64,000 nt of DNA from Spizellomyces punctatus DAOM BR117 (Eukaryota). The position numbers were made by a program, and so were the translations under genes. The stretch lies in NCBI GenBank assembly GCA_000182565.2, contig KQ257460.1. One strand, given 5' to 3'. The notes beneath the pieces are model-generated. The model did no database searches, was not told where the DNA came from, and saw only the letters and a list, made by a program, of their open reading frames with translations. This document shows, piece after piece, positions 11,616 to 23,920 of the stretch (positions are counted from its first letter, which is position 1; every line of letters starts with the position of its first letter).

Positions 11616-13386
11616 ATGCGAGTCGGAAGCGTCGACATTGACGCTAATCGAGTTGAAAAACGATTAGGCTTGCCCTTGCTGTCAGGACTTCATCCAACAT
11701 GCCACAAGGTACAGTACGACTAGAGTCCCAATGAACTCAGATCATTACACTTTTACGCTGAATGACTTTCCAGAGCCACAAAAGCCATGACTGTACACCA
11801 CTGCCATCTCTTCCTCAGCAACGAAACCTAACTGTCAATGTGCACAAGCTGTGCGACTTGACGTACAGCATTTGGGGGGAAAGAGGTCCATTGGTCAATT
11901 CGTGCAAAGTGGAGGGCGATGCAGAGCGGGGGCGAGTGTTTTTAGGGTACTTGACTGCGTGTTTGGAAGATGAAAAGAAGAAGGCGAGGAAGAAGAGGAG
12001 GGTTGGCAGAGCGATTGTTAAAGAAGAGTCTATTGCTGGACGACCGGGCAAGACACAGGGTTTAGTGGATAAATTCATAGCGTCTCAGAACAACCAAGCA
12101 TCAACTGATCTTCATCCTAAATGCGGAATACGGCGTCGAGGTGCCTTAAATGCGATCATACCAACAACCCAAGATCTTCTCCCCATTTTGCAAAAAGCAC
12201 CTCCAGCGCGTACGCAAGAAGACATGAAAATCCTCTTCCGCGGTCTACGTCCACTTGGGGCTTTCAAAAGTCTTTCCAATTTCGCGCTGACACAATTACT
12301 TGGTGTTCTGCATCTGAACACCTATGAACCGCATCGAATCGTCTTCAAACAGGGGGACGAAGGGACGTCCTGGTTTGTTATTTTACAAGGTAGGGTAAAC
12401 GTTATGGTCGCTTCGGGGAATAGTGATAGTGCAGGGAAAAGCAGGACGTGGACTGGAGAGCATGGTTCTGCAAGACTTTTAATACAGAGTAGCAATACGG
12501 TTGGGACATTGGGTCCTGGAGAGGGGTTTGGGGAGGTAGCATTGGCGACGGATGCAAGAAGGGCTGCGACTATCATGACGGTTGAAAAGTGCTTCATATT
12601 AAGAGTGGAGAAGGGGGATTATAATCGGATGGTCCGGTATGTTCATTCGTCGGCGTATTACGTCAAGAGATCTGGCGATACTCACTACGGAGATCTAGAT
12701 TCATGCACGAAAAAGATCGCAAAGAAAAAATCTTCTTTCTTCGAAAAGTCCCAGCTCTTTCGACACTACCGTCCCTCATCCCCATTGTCAACGCAATGAC
12801 CTTAAAATCACATCCAAAAAATACACATCTGCTCTCTCAACATCATCCCATAACCGAGGTCTGCTTCATCAAATCAGGACGGTGCGTCGTGCAAGCCCAG
12901 TTGGAAGTAGAGACGTCGCTGTGTCTACCAGATATTGCGGGACCATTCTGCGTGTCGGTTGTGCTCGGGTACCTAGGTCCTGGGGATTATTTTGGAGAAA
13001 CGATCGTTTTGCATGCTCCGTCTCAATATGGGCATAACAACAATGGTTATAGTCCATCCGAATTGGAACAAGGCGATGTAAATCAGCAACGAGCGAAAAC
13101 GGTTTCTCGAGACCTTGTCAGCTCAGTGACGGTACGCTCGGTAACACCGGTGGAAATTGGCCACATCTCGGCACACGATGCCCGATCACATCTGAGTGGG
13201 CACCTCCAATTATCAGAATATACGGTGAAATCACTGGACAAGGAAAAACTTCTGAATGCTTATTTTGAGTACATGGACTTGAAACGATGGAAGCGCTACA
13301 GGCGGTTGGTATTGAATGGGTTTGTTAAAGAGCGATTTGCTGATCCGTGCATGAATTTGGATCGTTTTCGTCAGCGCATAACATAG
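11616..13386 (+). CDS. Tandem cyclic-nucleotide-binding-domain protein (CNBD2-like), 3 exons
   Basis: Exons 11616-11708, 11774-12636 and 12699-13386 are phase-consistent. Domain 1: VFKQGDEGTSWFVILQG...GEGFGEVALATDARRAATI. Domain 2: FIKSG...LGPGDYFGE. Start codon is less certain. Confidence 0.8.
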
Positions 13387-13906
13387 CTTAGTGTAGAATA
13401 GTGTAGAAGATGTCCTTTATACAGGTCCTGTGATGGATTCTGGCATTTGACATGAACATCCTCCTCTTCCAATTTCGTAAACTTTGTAGCATGCTGGGTT
13501 GAGGAGCGTTTGGAATACATACATATCAACCCTCAAGTGATCTGGCGGACCATAGAAGGCATGTTTTCCATCTGTATCAGTTGCTAGTCCTACTTGTTCA
13601 TCTCTTGCAAGTTTCTAATGTCCATCGCCAAATTGATTCAACCAGCTTCATTAAAATAACCAAAGCCAGAAATTCTTCCAAACTTTTAAATCTCATCACT
13701 GCGCATTGCCATAGCAACAACAATGACCACTCCGCTCGCTCATCCCAAACGCCACCCGAGTTCAACGATCTCTGCTCTTCAACATTTTGGGGCAGTTTCG
13801 CCCAACAGGCGAAAGGTTGCACTTGCAAGTTGCGGAGGCAGACATCAGGGGGACTTTCTCAAAACTATTTACGAAATCAGGATACGGATCAGAAAGGCCT
13901 CTTAGA

Positions 13907-15574
13907 ATGGACATTACATCTCATATGCTGAGTCTGGCGTGGAAATTCCCACGAGCGGCGGGCTATGTGATCCAGGCACACCGAAAGTGTAGTGCGTGGG
14001 TTGCTTCATTGTCGCCAGATGTGCGAAAAAGGATTCGGGGCGTTTTGCGAGGTGTTGGAGGGGCCGCTGTGTCAGTTTCACGGTACGTGTCAGTTGAACA
14101 TGTCAAAAGGTTGATAACGGAGGGATATTGATAGAATGCGCTTGCAGATTTACAGAGAACGTCTACATACATGTTATATCGTATCCGAACACTCCGCCAA
14201 CAAAGTGGTCCCAGCCCTCACGTTTCATACTAGTCCCGCTTGCGCACCTCATTTTGTTTTTTCAACCAGTGGTGGCGGACTGGGAAGGAGATATAAAAGA
14301 TGGAAAGGTTTTGTTTGTTGCGAACAAGAGTGTTTGGGGTATGTCTTGGTCTCTTTGAAAGTTTTAGAGGATGAATCGTGACGCTGATATTTTTTCACGT
14401 AGGACTGGAAATGCCTGCTATGCATTCCGTCATTTATTTGAAGACGGGAAAGTTGGTGAGGTTTCAGATTGACCCACTGCGTAAGTGCAACAAAGGTTGG
14501 TAGTTGCCTTGGCTAGGAATTCATATAACCTTCCTCCCGGTATAGACTTCAAATTGCCACTATGGAAACATGTCCTCGAATATTTTGGAGCAGTGCCGTT
14601 TTCACCTTCCATATATCCCGAGCTGATGGGAGCTGGGTATACGATGGTGTGGTTTCCGTCCTCGGAGATAAGTGACTCGGGGACCGAAGGTGACATTGCC
14701 CATATGTATCCCATCGACACCGGCGACGGGTCGGCGGTGGCACCTGGTGCTGAATTTGCAGTTTGGGCACTTGATAGTGGTAGGGCTGGAAGCGTTTCAA
14801 TTTAGTTTCATACTTTTGATGCTGACATGATTGTCATTAGGTTACGCTATCGTTCCCGTTGCAAATATAGGCATGTCCGACATGTTACCCGTCCGATTCC
14901 ATGTCTCCCTTGAACCGATATACACCGCCTCCAATGTTGTCTCTCGCATCCTCCCTTCCTCTCTCTCAAGCCTTCTACCACATTCATCACCTCACAAGAA
15001 ACCAACGCTCCCCATCGTCCTCCCCCGCTCATATGAACGCCAATATATGCGTTTTGCATCACCAGCGCGCACCGATGGCCCATTCCGGAAGCTGCTGGAA
15101 AGCGAGTATGAAGTGACACAAAGTCCTCGCGTTCGAAGGACGGGTCGTCCGAGCATCAGTGTCAGTACACCGCGCTTGGCTACGACACTATCCACGCGCA
15201 CGCTATACGCGATCGATACCAACCTGCTGTATCTCCGAGAACTACGTGATGCGGATCCACGACGCCATGTCCTTGCGCCGGTGTGGAATGTTGGACGAAG
15301 GTTAGGGCAATGTGTTTTAGGAATGGAGAAGAAAATGAAAGGTAGTGAAAAATTGGTAAGAAGACATAGCGCCAAGGCGTTGCGGGCTATGGCTGGGTGG
15401 GTGGATATTGAGGACGAGGGAGCAAACCCGGAAAAGATGAGTGAAAACGTGGACGAATTGAAATCGGAAACTCTGGATCGCCGCCGGTCCACGCCAGAGC
15501 GACCAAGATCGGGTGTGGAATCGTTGGTAGAGAGTGGATTTGTTGATTTCATGGAGCCATCTCCCGTGTGGTGA
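13907..15574 (+). CDS. PlsC/DGAT2-superfamily acyltransferase-like protein (TMEM68-like), divergent, ~5 exons
   Basis: VLFVAN-, LPLWKHVLEYFGAV, WFP, FAVWALDSGYAIVPVANIGMSDM and ERQYMRFASP blocks, joined by introns at 14082-14147, ~14339-14402, 14456-14503 and ~14779-14840. Start may lie upstream. Confidence 0.6.
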
Positions 15575-15676
15575 TGGATTGAACATGTCGGTTGATCGAG
15601 TTTGATGTATAACTTTTTTTTTTTTTCCTGATACCATTAATGTAATATAGTAATGCTGATTCCGCAATGGGAAAAA

Positions 15677-16321
15677 CTATGCCACTCTCCAACGTCCAAT
15701 TTCTTTAAACTCGTGCTGTTCACCTTTCAATGGCTCTTTTGCCTCCCTTGTGAGTTCATAGTAGACGACATCCCACTCTGGCACCAACACGGAAGGCCTA
15801 CCATCAAACCATTTCCCAAAAACTTGATCAGCAACCTCCTTCATTCCATGCACAATCCTCCGCTGTTCCTCCTCTGACACATCCTGTGTTGGCGCAAAAT
15901 ATGCCAACGAAATATGATTGACCGCCTTTGGACGCATCCTATTGACGAATCGATCACATGACTCAAAGTTTTGAGTAATCGACTTTGACAGGGCAATATA
16001 TTCTTTGGGAGGGGATATGGGAAGAATCAGGCATAATTTTGTGTCTGGGATGAGAGGAGGATGGAGAACCAGCGGTGGGAGTCGGTCATTCAGACAAGAT
16101 TGGACGAGGTTAGCGCAATATGGGTCTGCGTGTTGGTGGTGCGTGGATGGGAGTGACATTTGCCAGAATCCAGTCAGCGAGACGTGGGGATGGTATGCGT
16201 GGGCATCCGTCGAGCCATATTTTTGGGAGGATACTGTGTGAAACTGTTGGAGGAGGGCGTAGAGTGGGGAGGAAGGTATGGGCTCAAGGTGGACAATGAG
16301 TTGGGGCCGAGTGGACGACAT
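15677..16321 (-). CDS. 2H phosphoesterase family protein, intronless
   Basis: Two HxS motifs (YHPHVSLTGF and NHISLAY) spaced about 90 aa apart. Confidence 0.75.
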   Translation of the reverse strand: MSSTRPQLIVHLEPIPSSPLYALLQQFHTVSSQKYGSTDAHAYHPHVSLTGFWQMSLPSTHHQHADPYCANLVQSCLNDRLPPLVLHPPLIPDTKLCLILPISPPKEYIALSKSITQNFESCDRFVNRMRPKAVNHISLAYFAPTQDVSEEEQRRIVHGMKEVADQVFGKWFDGRPSVLVPEWDVVYYELTREAKEPLKGEQHEFKEIGRWRVA

Positions 16322-17197
16322 TAGGCATTTCCATTGGTATTTCTGGGCGTGTGGAAGATATATCTTTTAATCCATAAGCCTTGGAAGGCAACGTCACGTA
16401 AGTCAAGTCACTTGGCACAAAATGGAAATTGTTTGAAATCCTTGGGTTTTTGAATTACAGAAAAAAACAATTGTGTGTATTATGTAATTTGTAGATTTCA
16501 CACACAAAGCAAACGCGTGTTTCGCTTCTCTATTCTCTCTCTCTCTCATTGCGCCTCTCTCTTGTTCTTTTTATTCTTGTTAACGCGCCCATTTCATTCC
16601 CATTGCTATGCTGGCTATACTTTTACAATGGCTTTGTGATATCCCCATTTCCATCATTTATAAATGTCTAATTGGACATGTCTTAAATCTTAATCTTGAA
16701 GCGCGTGTCAAATAGATGAAATAAAAACGTTCGTGGAAAAAGAGTTGTGGCTACAAGAGTTGTAGAGATATTCCCAACCCAAAAATGCGAGTCACGGCTG
16801 CCTCACGGCTGCCAACCCAGCAGGTTCAAACACTTTGATGAAATCCCACATTACGCGTGGGTTGTACCAGACGCCCGGTAACACTTGTCTCCCGCCCCTT
16901 TTTTCCCTTACCCCTTTTTGTCCTGTTCCGAACGTCTGGGTCATTGCCCCTATTGGTAATTTTTGTGGATGGTTGTAGCCATTTGTGGTGTGAGAAATGC
17001 AAACTTTTTGTTGTTGTATGAACCAGTTGTTGGGTGTGGGAAAATCATTTACAAGGCGGGGAGGCGACTCGCCAAAAAAGAAATAAAAAATTTGTATCCC
17101 TTTGGCTGCTGGCCCCCCCCTTTGAACTTTTTTCCCACGCACAAGAATCCCGAACGGCTTTTTTCTCTTCCTCCGTTTCCCACCGTCGTTTGGATTT

Positions 17198-17231
17198 TCG
17201 TCGTCGTCGTCGTCGTTGTCGTCGTTGTCGT
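17198..17231. repeat. (TCG/TTG)n microsatellite in the 5' leader region of the C2H2 gene
   Basis: tcgtcgtcgtcgtcgtcgttgtcgtcgttgtcgt. Confidence 0.85.
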
Positions 17232-17879
17232 TTTACCACCTTGACGATTTCCCCTCCGCACATACGCATACTTTATACGCACGGGGGCACTTGCAAAAAG
17301 AATATACAGCCAGGTATGTCGACGTGCGCTGTGCTGGCTCGCTCTCCTGTGGTGGCGCCACACAAAACCCTTTTGTTACCCTTGTCGAGCATCGACATGC
17401 AAGCATTTCCGCCCTGTTTGCTCATGTTGAACGTTTTTCTTTTCTTGCAGGTTTCCCACCTTTGCATACGCCTTGGACAATCATTTATTGCAAAGCGACA
17501 TTTGTCTTACGCAGCATTACCCATCGTCTGAAACTGCATCTTTTTGTGCGTGCAAGGTATGGCTTGTGACTGGGAAATGTGATTGACGTGGGCGGGACCG
17601 GCGGTATTTGGAGAGGGTTTTTGCTATTGATTTGCATGTCAAATGTATATTTGGGCAAACGCAAAAAAAACCAGGAATTTGAGGATCCTCGTGTTCGAGA
17701 CGTTAATTCTGAATAGCGAGAGGGGAATCGGGGTCACTACTTCCGAGGATCAAACAACCCTAAGATATTTTTGTCCCTCAAATTGCTTACATTGAGTTGC
17801 ACTTGTTTACAGATAAAACGACACAAATCCGACGAGTCTCTTTTACTAGTACTTTCACCTCCGCTCGTCTTCCTTGAGC

Positions 17880-19611
17880 ATGTCGTCGTTTCAAAATTGG
17901 AAATATCCGGGACCAAAGGGTGAAGGTCCTCATCCCACGGACTCCCACTCGTATGGTTCGCGTGACGCAATGGCCCAGTATCAAGCCCATCATCGGCCTT
18001 CTCAACCACAGCAACAGCATTCTTACTCGTACTCGCAACCACCGCCACCCTCTCAACAACCGCAAGCCCAGCAGCCTTCGCAGTCGTATCCGTCATCTCA
18101 GCCTTACTTTCAAAGGTCTTATCCCGCCACTCAGGTATGAAAATGTGTAATTTTTAATTTAATTTTTTTTTTTGCTATGCCTCTGCAAACATCTCATCCA
18201 CTGCTCTTTTAGCAGCATCATCAATCTCAAAGTCAAGGATATCACTATCCATCATCGTCATCCTCCAACCAGATGCACTATATGCCTCAGACTTACGATT
18301 CTGCAGGTCATATGCATCCACAGCATTCGCAACGCATGTCGGGTCCGCCCATGCAAAGTCAGCATCATCCTCCGTATCCTGCTTCTGGTTCTTATCCGCA
18401 ATCGCATCATGCTAGCGCCGCCCAGCATCCTCCCCTGCCTTCCGTCCATCACATTTACCATGGCATGTCTCAAAAGTCCAATCAGGTATGTTGGTGTTTT
18501 GTGTGTTCGCCTCTACAACATGTGCACTAACGATTACCGCTGGGTGCTTTAGACACTCCCACCTTTGGCGGCAGCGCTGGCTGGTCATAATCATACATTC
18601 GCTTCTCCTCCACCTACACCACCACCTTTGCAAACACTCCCACCTATACAATCTCTTCAAGTGAACGTCTCCGCGCCCGCCACGGCGCCATACGATCACC
18701 CTGCCCATCAAAATTACCGACACGGCCGTCACAAGAGCCTCGACTTTGATGGTAGCACAAAGGCCAATGGGAAAAAGAGCCCATTGGCAAACGAGTACAA
18801 GATGGAGCACACTATCGAAACGGATCGTATCGATGGCCGCCCCGGCCCCAAACGATCTCCCCCACATACCCCAGTGTCTGACTCAATGACAAGTTCCAAT
18901 GCACCTTATTATAGTCCGTGGGGACCACAACAACCGGGCTCTTACCCGGCCCACAGTCGATACCCGCAAGCCACGCCCTCCACTAGTTCGGTTCCAGTGA
19001 ATCCGGACAAGGCTCGGTCGGCTAATACAAAGTCGGAGAGGGCTGCGGCACCTGAACCGCGACGACATAGTGGGTCTAATACGACGCCATCGAGTATCGG
19101 ATCTACAACCACGCGACGGAGGAGGTCTTCCGCCAGCGTATCTATTGCTGCAGCCGGCGGTCACCACCGACACAAGCGTTCGTCTTCCCAGACATCTTCC
19201 GATGAGTCATCCGCCTCCACCACGTTTCCAAGCACCACGTCTTCCAACGGCGGAGGTAAAAGCTACCAATGTGAAACATGTGGAAAGGTTTACAAGCATC
19301 CAAACTGTCTCCTCAAGCACAAATGGGAGCATACGGAACACTGGAAGGAAGCTGCAAAGTTTTCTCTTTCTAAGCACCAACAGGTGCAACTATTAGAGGC
19401 TGCAAGCATATTGGTCGGCTTTGGTATGGCACCTCAGAGCGGCGGCCGACGACCGAGTGTTTTCGAAGTTGCTGGGATTGAGCCATTGGCTACCGAAGCC
19501 GAAGTAGAGGAGTTCAATGCTGGTGGTGATGTTGGGGACGAAAGTTTGAGTGTCAAGAAAGAGAGTCTGAGGGAGGGAGAACAGAGGCGAGGAGTTGCAG
19601 TTGAGGCCTGA
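17880..19611 (+). CDS. Fungal single C2H2 zinc-finger protein with Q/P/H-rich N-terminus, 3 coding exons
   Basis: Exons 17880-18134, 18213-18485 and 18553-19611 are in phase. Contains YQCETCGKVYKHPNCLLKHKWEH followed by the conserved fungal segment SKHQQVQLLEAASIL. Confidence 0.85.
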
Positions 19612-20176
19612 TCGGTGGGACTCTATCCACCGCACAGCAGTTTTCTGCAGGCCTGTTTGGTTCTGGTGTGTGCTGGAAGGGTTTTGGCTTTCCCTCTTTT
19701 AAAGAGTTCTCTCTGCTATTTCTTTTTCTTTGTATACACTATTTTTTTTGTGGAGGGAATCTGGTGCAGTGCAAAGCATGGGTGAGGGAGGTCTTTTTTT
19801 TTGGTTTTGTATTGCGTTTCTTTCTCTATATACTTTTGTTTCATTTTTTTCGACTTTTTGTGTGTTTTGTTGAATACTCTGTGCATTCAACAACTGAAAA
19901 GCTTCCCTTGAATAGGAAGCTCGTTGCAAGATTGACACGGGCTTGGGGTGAAGGATGGTCAGAAACGGCGTTGGGCTTTGACGCATTTTATGTGATGATG
20001 ACCAACAAAAGCCCCTTCGGTACCCCATTGCGTACAAGGAAATGTACAGAAACAAGGCTTTTCTTTTCTCGTTACGCTACCTACATTTTCTCCAATTATT
20101 TACTTTTTATCCTCCATCGACAAAGTACCCACACAAATTACCCTGCAAATCCACCACCACTAAAAAAAAAAAAATA

Positions 20177-20538
20177 ATGTCCAACACCGAAGCAGTAAAA
20201 CAAGAGAGCAAACAAGGCGTTGAACGCATCTTTTCCAACCAGACCACAGCAGTCAATTGGTTCCATGTAGCAATCGTTGCACCAGCTCTCGTAAGTTCTC
20301 AATTACAGTCTCTGGATTTTTGTACGTCGGATGACAGGGGGTGTTATTTTTGAACAAAGGCTGCCTTGAAATATCGACCCGAATATGTGATTTGGACACC
20401 GGCCGCTGGCGGAGTCATTGCAGCAGTGCATTGTGAGTGGACGCTGTATATCTTCATTGTACGGTGTTTTTCTGACTTGTATTCTGGTTGTGATTTTTGG
20501 GTATAGTACTTGCCATTGCTGCAAAGAGAAACAAGTGA
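20177..20538 (+). CDS. 72-aa small membrane protein, 3 exons, unknown function
   Basis: Exons 20177-20290, 20360-20432, 20507-20538 (donors gtaagt and gtgagt). Spliced product: MSNTEAVKQESKQGVERIFSNQTTAVNWFHVAIVAPALAALKYRPEYVIWTPAAGGVIAAVHLLAIAAKRNK*. Confidence 0.7.
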
Positions 20539-20823
20539 GACTTGCTTGGAGGGATCGAACGGAGGGTGTTGGAGCACATGAGGGAGAGAGGTTGGGAATA
20601 TCTGTCGGAATTTTTGTTATTTTGGCTGTAGTGATGTTGGGTTTTTGTTGGTGCGAAGTGGGAGAAAGAACTTTTTTTTCTCGTCATCATGTCGGCTAGT
20701 AGTTGTTTGTCGTGATTTTTGATATGGGGCATGTTGTGTTATTTTTGGTGAGATGATGAACAGAATCTTGTTAACCGATGCGATACATTGGAAAAAGAGA
20801 TAACAAGCCCAAGAGAGTGTTGT

Positions 20824-21783
20824 TTAAATGGAGGACGATGAGAGGTCGCGAGTAATGCCTTCTACGCTTTCCGCCCTTTTAGCCTCCTCTTTCTGTTGCT
20901 TTTCAATTTGTTCCTTCTCCTTTCTCTTTTTCCGTTTCTCTCGCCTCCGCCTTTCCTCCTTCTCTCCCGCAAGACCTGCTTCCCTTCTCCATCTCAACCT
21001 TTCATCCGCCACCTCCCTTTCTCGATTCCGCACTTCTGACATGGTATCCCTCTCCGCACGATTTTCCCCAACCTGTTCCCTGAAAGCACGAAGTTCGTCC
21101 AATGAGCTCTTGTCCATTTCCCTCCAAAAAGCCATCTCTTCGTCTGAGCGTGACCTCAGGGATGCAAATCCAGGCATCGACGCCGACTGATCTGCCAAAT
21201 GTCCAGCCTCGAGTATAAATTGATCCAAAGTGTCGTCTAACGACTTTTTGGTGGAATGTAAATCTTTGTGTAGTTTGGCGGATGCGGAACGGTAAGCTGT
21301 ACGGTCACTTTGATGGGAGCGAGACTGGGCCCTTGCATAGGATCTTTCAGTGGCGGTTTCAAAAGCATTTTCAAGGTTGTTGCGGGCTTGTTGTGCAGAG
21401 AGGTACGCTTCCTTGAGGCGAATGGAGGTTTGAAAGAGGTGTGGTCGTGAGTAAAGATGAGATGAACTACGAGTTTGTTGTCCCTCGAATGAATCCTGAC
21501 GTTCTCGTTCCCTCTGCGTGCCCATTCCTGATGTTTTCTCCTCATCTCCCGACCTCCAAGGTCCATTCCCCGCCGAGATAGTCTCAAAAGCTGTCCGCAA
21601 CCTCACAAACGCTTCCTCAGCCCGTGGATGATCGCATTTGTCCGGATGAACCAGTAAAGCTTTGATTCGGTATGTTTGTTTCAAGGTTTGCTTTGTAGAG
21701 CTGCGCTGGACTTGAAGAATGGTTTGAGGGGCAGAAGAGGAGAGAATTCGGTTTATCTCTGCTTCTTGAGCAATAGTGTACAT
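20824..21783 (-). CDS. J-domain (DnaJ class C; DNAJC8/Spf31-like J domain) protein with charged coiled-coil tail, intronless
   Basis: EINRIL...P..ILQV...LKQTYRIKALLVHPDKCDHPRAEEAF. Confidence 0.85.
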   Translation of the reverse strand: MYTIAQEAEINRILSSSAPQTILQVQRSSTKQTLKQTYRIKALLVHPDKCDHPRAEEAFVRLRTAFETISAGNGPWRSGDEEKTSGMGTQRERERQDSFEGQQTRSSSHLYSRPHLFQTSIRLKEAYLSAQQARNNLENAFETATERSYARAQSRSHQSDRTAYRSASAKLHKDLHSTKKSLDDTLDQFILEAGHLADQSASMPGFASLRSRSDEEMAFWREMDKSSLDELRAFREQVGENRAERDTMSEVRNREREVADERLRWRREAGLAGEKEERRRREKRKKRKEKEQIEKQQKEEAKRAESVEGITRDLSSSSI

Positions 21784-22771
21784 GGCTGTTTAAACGATTT
21801 ACTTGCAAGGTAGGTGCGTCTGTCGAGGTCATGGTGGCAAGTAGCACACCCCAATACCATGACCCCAAATAAAACATTCTTAAGGATCTTTCGGGGTCAT
21901 GACACAAGATGATCAACCAGTGCTTCGCTCGTCATACTCAAGTTTAATCTGTCTGGAGACAGTGTCCATGCTGTATCTTGATGGAGTGTGCGACAGGACT
22001 TGTGGAAGCATGACTTGCAAGGTACGAAGTAGCACATTGCCACACCTAGTTTCCAGTGGAGGGTCCAATGCAAGCTACACAACCCTCATCGAATATCCTC
22101 TTTCTTTCGATGCACACATTGCTCCATGTAATTTAAAGATATCCATCATCAGAGAGAGGATGTCCAAATTTTGGAAACATCCTCAGATTTGACGTTTGCT
22201 CATTGTGCATGTTCAGTATCTTGAATATCGTCAGCATTTCCAGGCATCGGCTTCCCTATGTTTTTACTTTACTACATTTATGACCTGTATTGAGCAGCAT
22301 TACGCACCAGCGACTGAGGCATGGATGTACATGCATGCAATGATGGAAATTCCCAGGCAGTAGGTTGTAGTATCTTCCTTTAATGAAGGTCTGACCGTTT
22401 GGAATGAGGCTTTGTAGATAGTTAACGGTTGTAGCGAAATCACAAACCATTGAACGGTCGATGTCGAACTCGCTTGTAATGCTTACATGATAAGTGATAC
22501 CGATGCTTGTTGTGTTCAAGGTGTGTTACTTGCACAAGGGACGTCGTCAACAAAGTAACAATGTTTTGCAAAGCATCTTGACTTGTCCGCTTACGATGCT
22601 TTACCGATGTATCGTCAATTGGGATCAGCCCTAAGGGATCCTGCATCGTCTCTCCCTTGATTATCTCAGGCGATGTTACGCTGTAAACAAGCTATCAAAG
22701 CAACACGTTCCCCTCTCCCACCAACATCTCGAAAATATCAAGCAGCCTGACAACTCGCGACGATTGCCAAG

Positions 22772-23920
22772 ATGCCCTTTCCCCCACAAACTCCAGACAG
22801 CTCCCACAAGGAGGTTCTTCGACTCCTCCACCTATCAACCAGACACCGCATACCTCCAGCAATTCTCTCCCTTCCTATGCTCCTATTCTCTTCAACCACA
22901 TCCCGCCCCATCCGGCTTCGTGAGACCCGTCGAGCCTATAAGCTCAAATCCCTTCTCGTGCATCCGGACCGATGCACACATCCTGGTGCCACAGAGGCAT
23001 TCCGAATAGTTCATAACGCTTACGAAGACGTTGTTTTAAGAGGATGGGTTGCAGAGTCTTCGTCTGGCCAAGAGACCTTGAGTAAGGAGGAACGTGAACA
23101 AGAGATGGAGCAGTGGATGCAACATACCCATGATAAATACTTTAGAGGACGACGCAGAGCAGCGAGTGATGTGCCATTTACTGCTGGCTACGAAGATGCT
23201 GTGAATGACGTTATGGAGTGGATGGATGCCGAGGATGAGGAACCGGATGTTGTTATATGGCTGCGCAAGATTCATGTGAAGGGTGAGAGAGGACTGGCCA
23301 AGGGAAGAGCTACTAAGAGCAATGGCATATTTTCAAATGTAGTTGAAGAGAAAAGATGCAACAAGAATGAATGCTTAAAGGAGGAGTATGAATGGCGAGA
23401 TCTATCTTTTGATACCCTAAAAAGCCAAGACCAAGTGGAACAAGAGGTAGCAGATCACGACGACGACGTTAGCGCTGAGGAAGAATATGCACAATGGGAT
23501 CACATTCATCCTTCCGACACCATCGCCAGTCTAAACGAGCCATCTTCCAGAGAAGACACCCCACCATCATCCCCCGAATCCTCTTCACCCTCTGACACAG
23601 ACGCCTCCACAGAATGGATACGCAAATTACACGCAATAGATAGACGTCGTCGTCGTGTACAAGGCAAGCCATCCAAACCTCGACTCTCGTCCTCATCATC
23701 CAATCTTCGTGGAGGGCTACCCAATAAATCTTTAAAAATGTGCGCATCCATGGACCAAGTCAACCCCGCATCGAACAGATCTGCAATGAATTCGCTTGTG
23801 GACCATTCTAGAAGCTGCTCGGCACCCGTTACACTTGCTCCTACCCAATTCAAGCCCACACGGCGGAGATATCGGCTTGTAGATCTCAAAGGGGCCGCTG
23901 ATATAGAACAAGGGGACTGA
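22772..23920 (+). CDS. J-domain (DnaJ class C) protein with disordered tail, intronless
   Basis: EVLRLL...P.AILSL...RRAYKLKSLLVHPDRCTHPGATEAF. Confidence 0.8.
   Translation: MPFPPQTPDSSHKEVLRLLHLSTRHRIPPAILSLPMLLFSSTTSRPIRLRETRRAYKLKSLLVHPDRCTHPGATEAFRIVHNAYEDVVLRGWVAESSSGQETLSKEEREQEMEQWMQHTHDKYFRGRRRAASDVPFTAGYEDAVNDVMEWMDAEDEEPDVVIWLRKIHVKGERGLAKGRATKSNGIFSNVVEEKRCNKNECLKEEYEWRDLSFDTLKSQDQVEQEVADHDDDVSAEEEYAQWDHIHPSDTIASLNEPSSREDTPPSSPESSSPSDTDASTEWIRKLHAIDRRRRRVQGKPSKPRLSSSSSNLRGGLPNKSLKMCASMDQVNPASNRSAMNSLVDHSRSCSAPVTLAPTQFKPTRRRYRLVDLKGAADIEQGD

Noticed and set aside
16792..17569. Overlapping ORFs with polyV/polyR/polyT
   Set aside because: Artefacts of the TCG microsatellite and T-rich leader of the C2H2 gene.
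19668..20177. 169-aa Phe-rich ORF
   Set aside because: Composition reflects T-rich 3' UTR/intergenic sequence; non-ATG start.
22256..22646. Possible small spliced gene between the two J-domain genes
   Set aside because: A ~80-aa product can be built only with weak splice sites and has no recognisable features.
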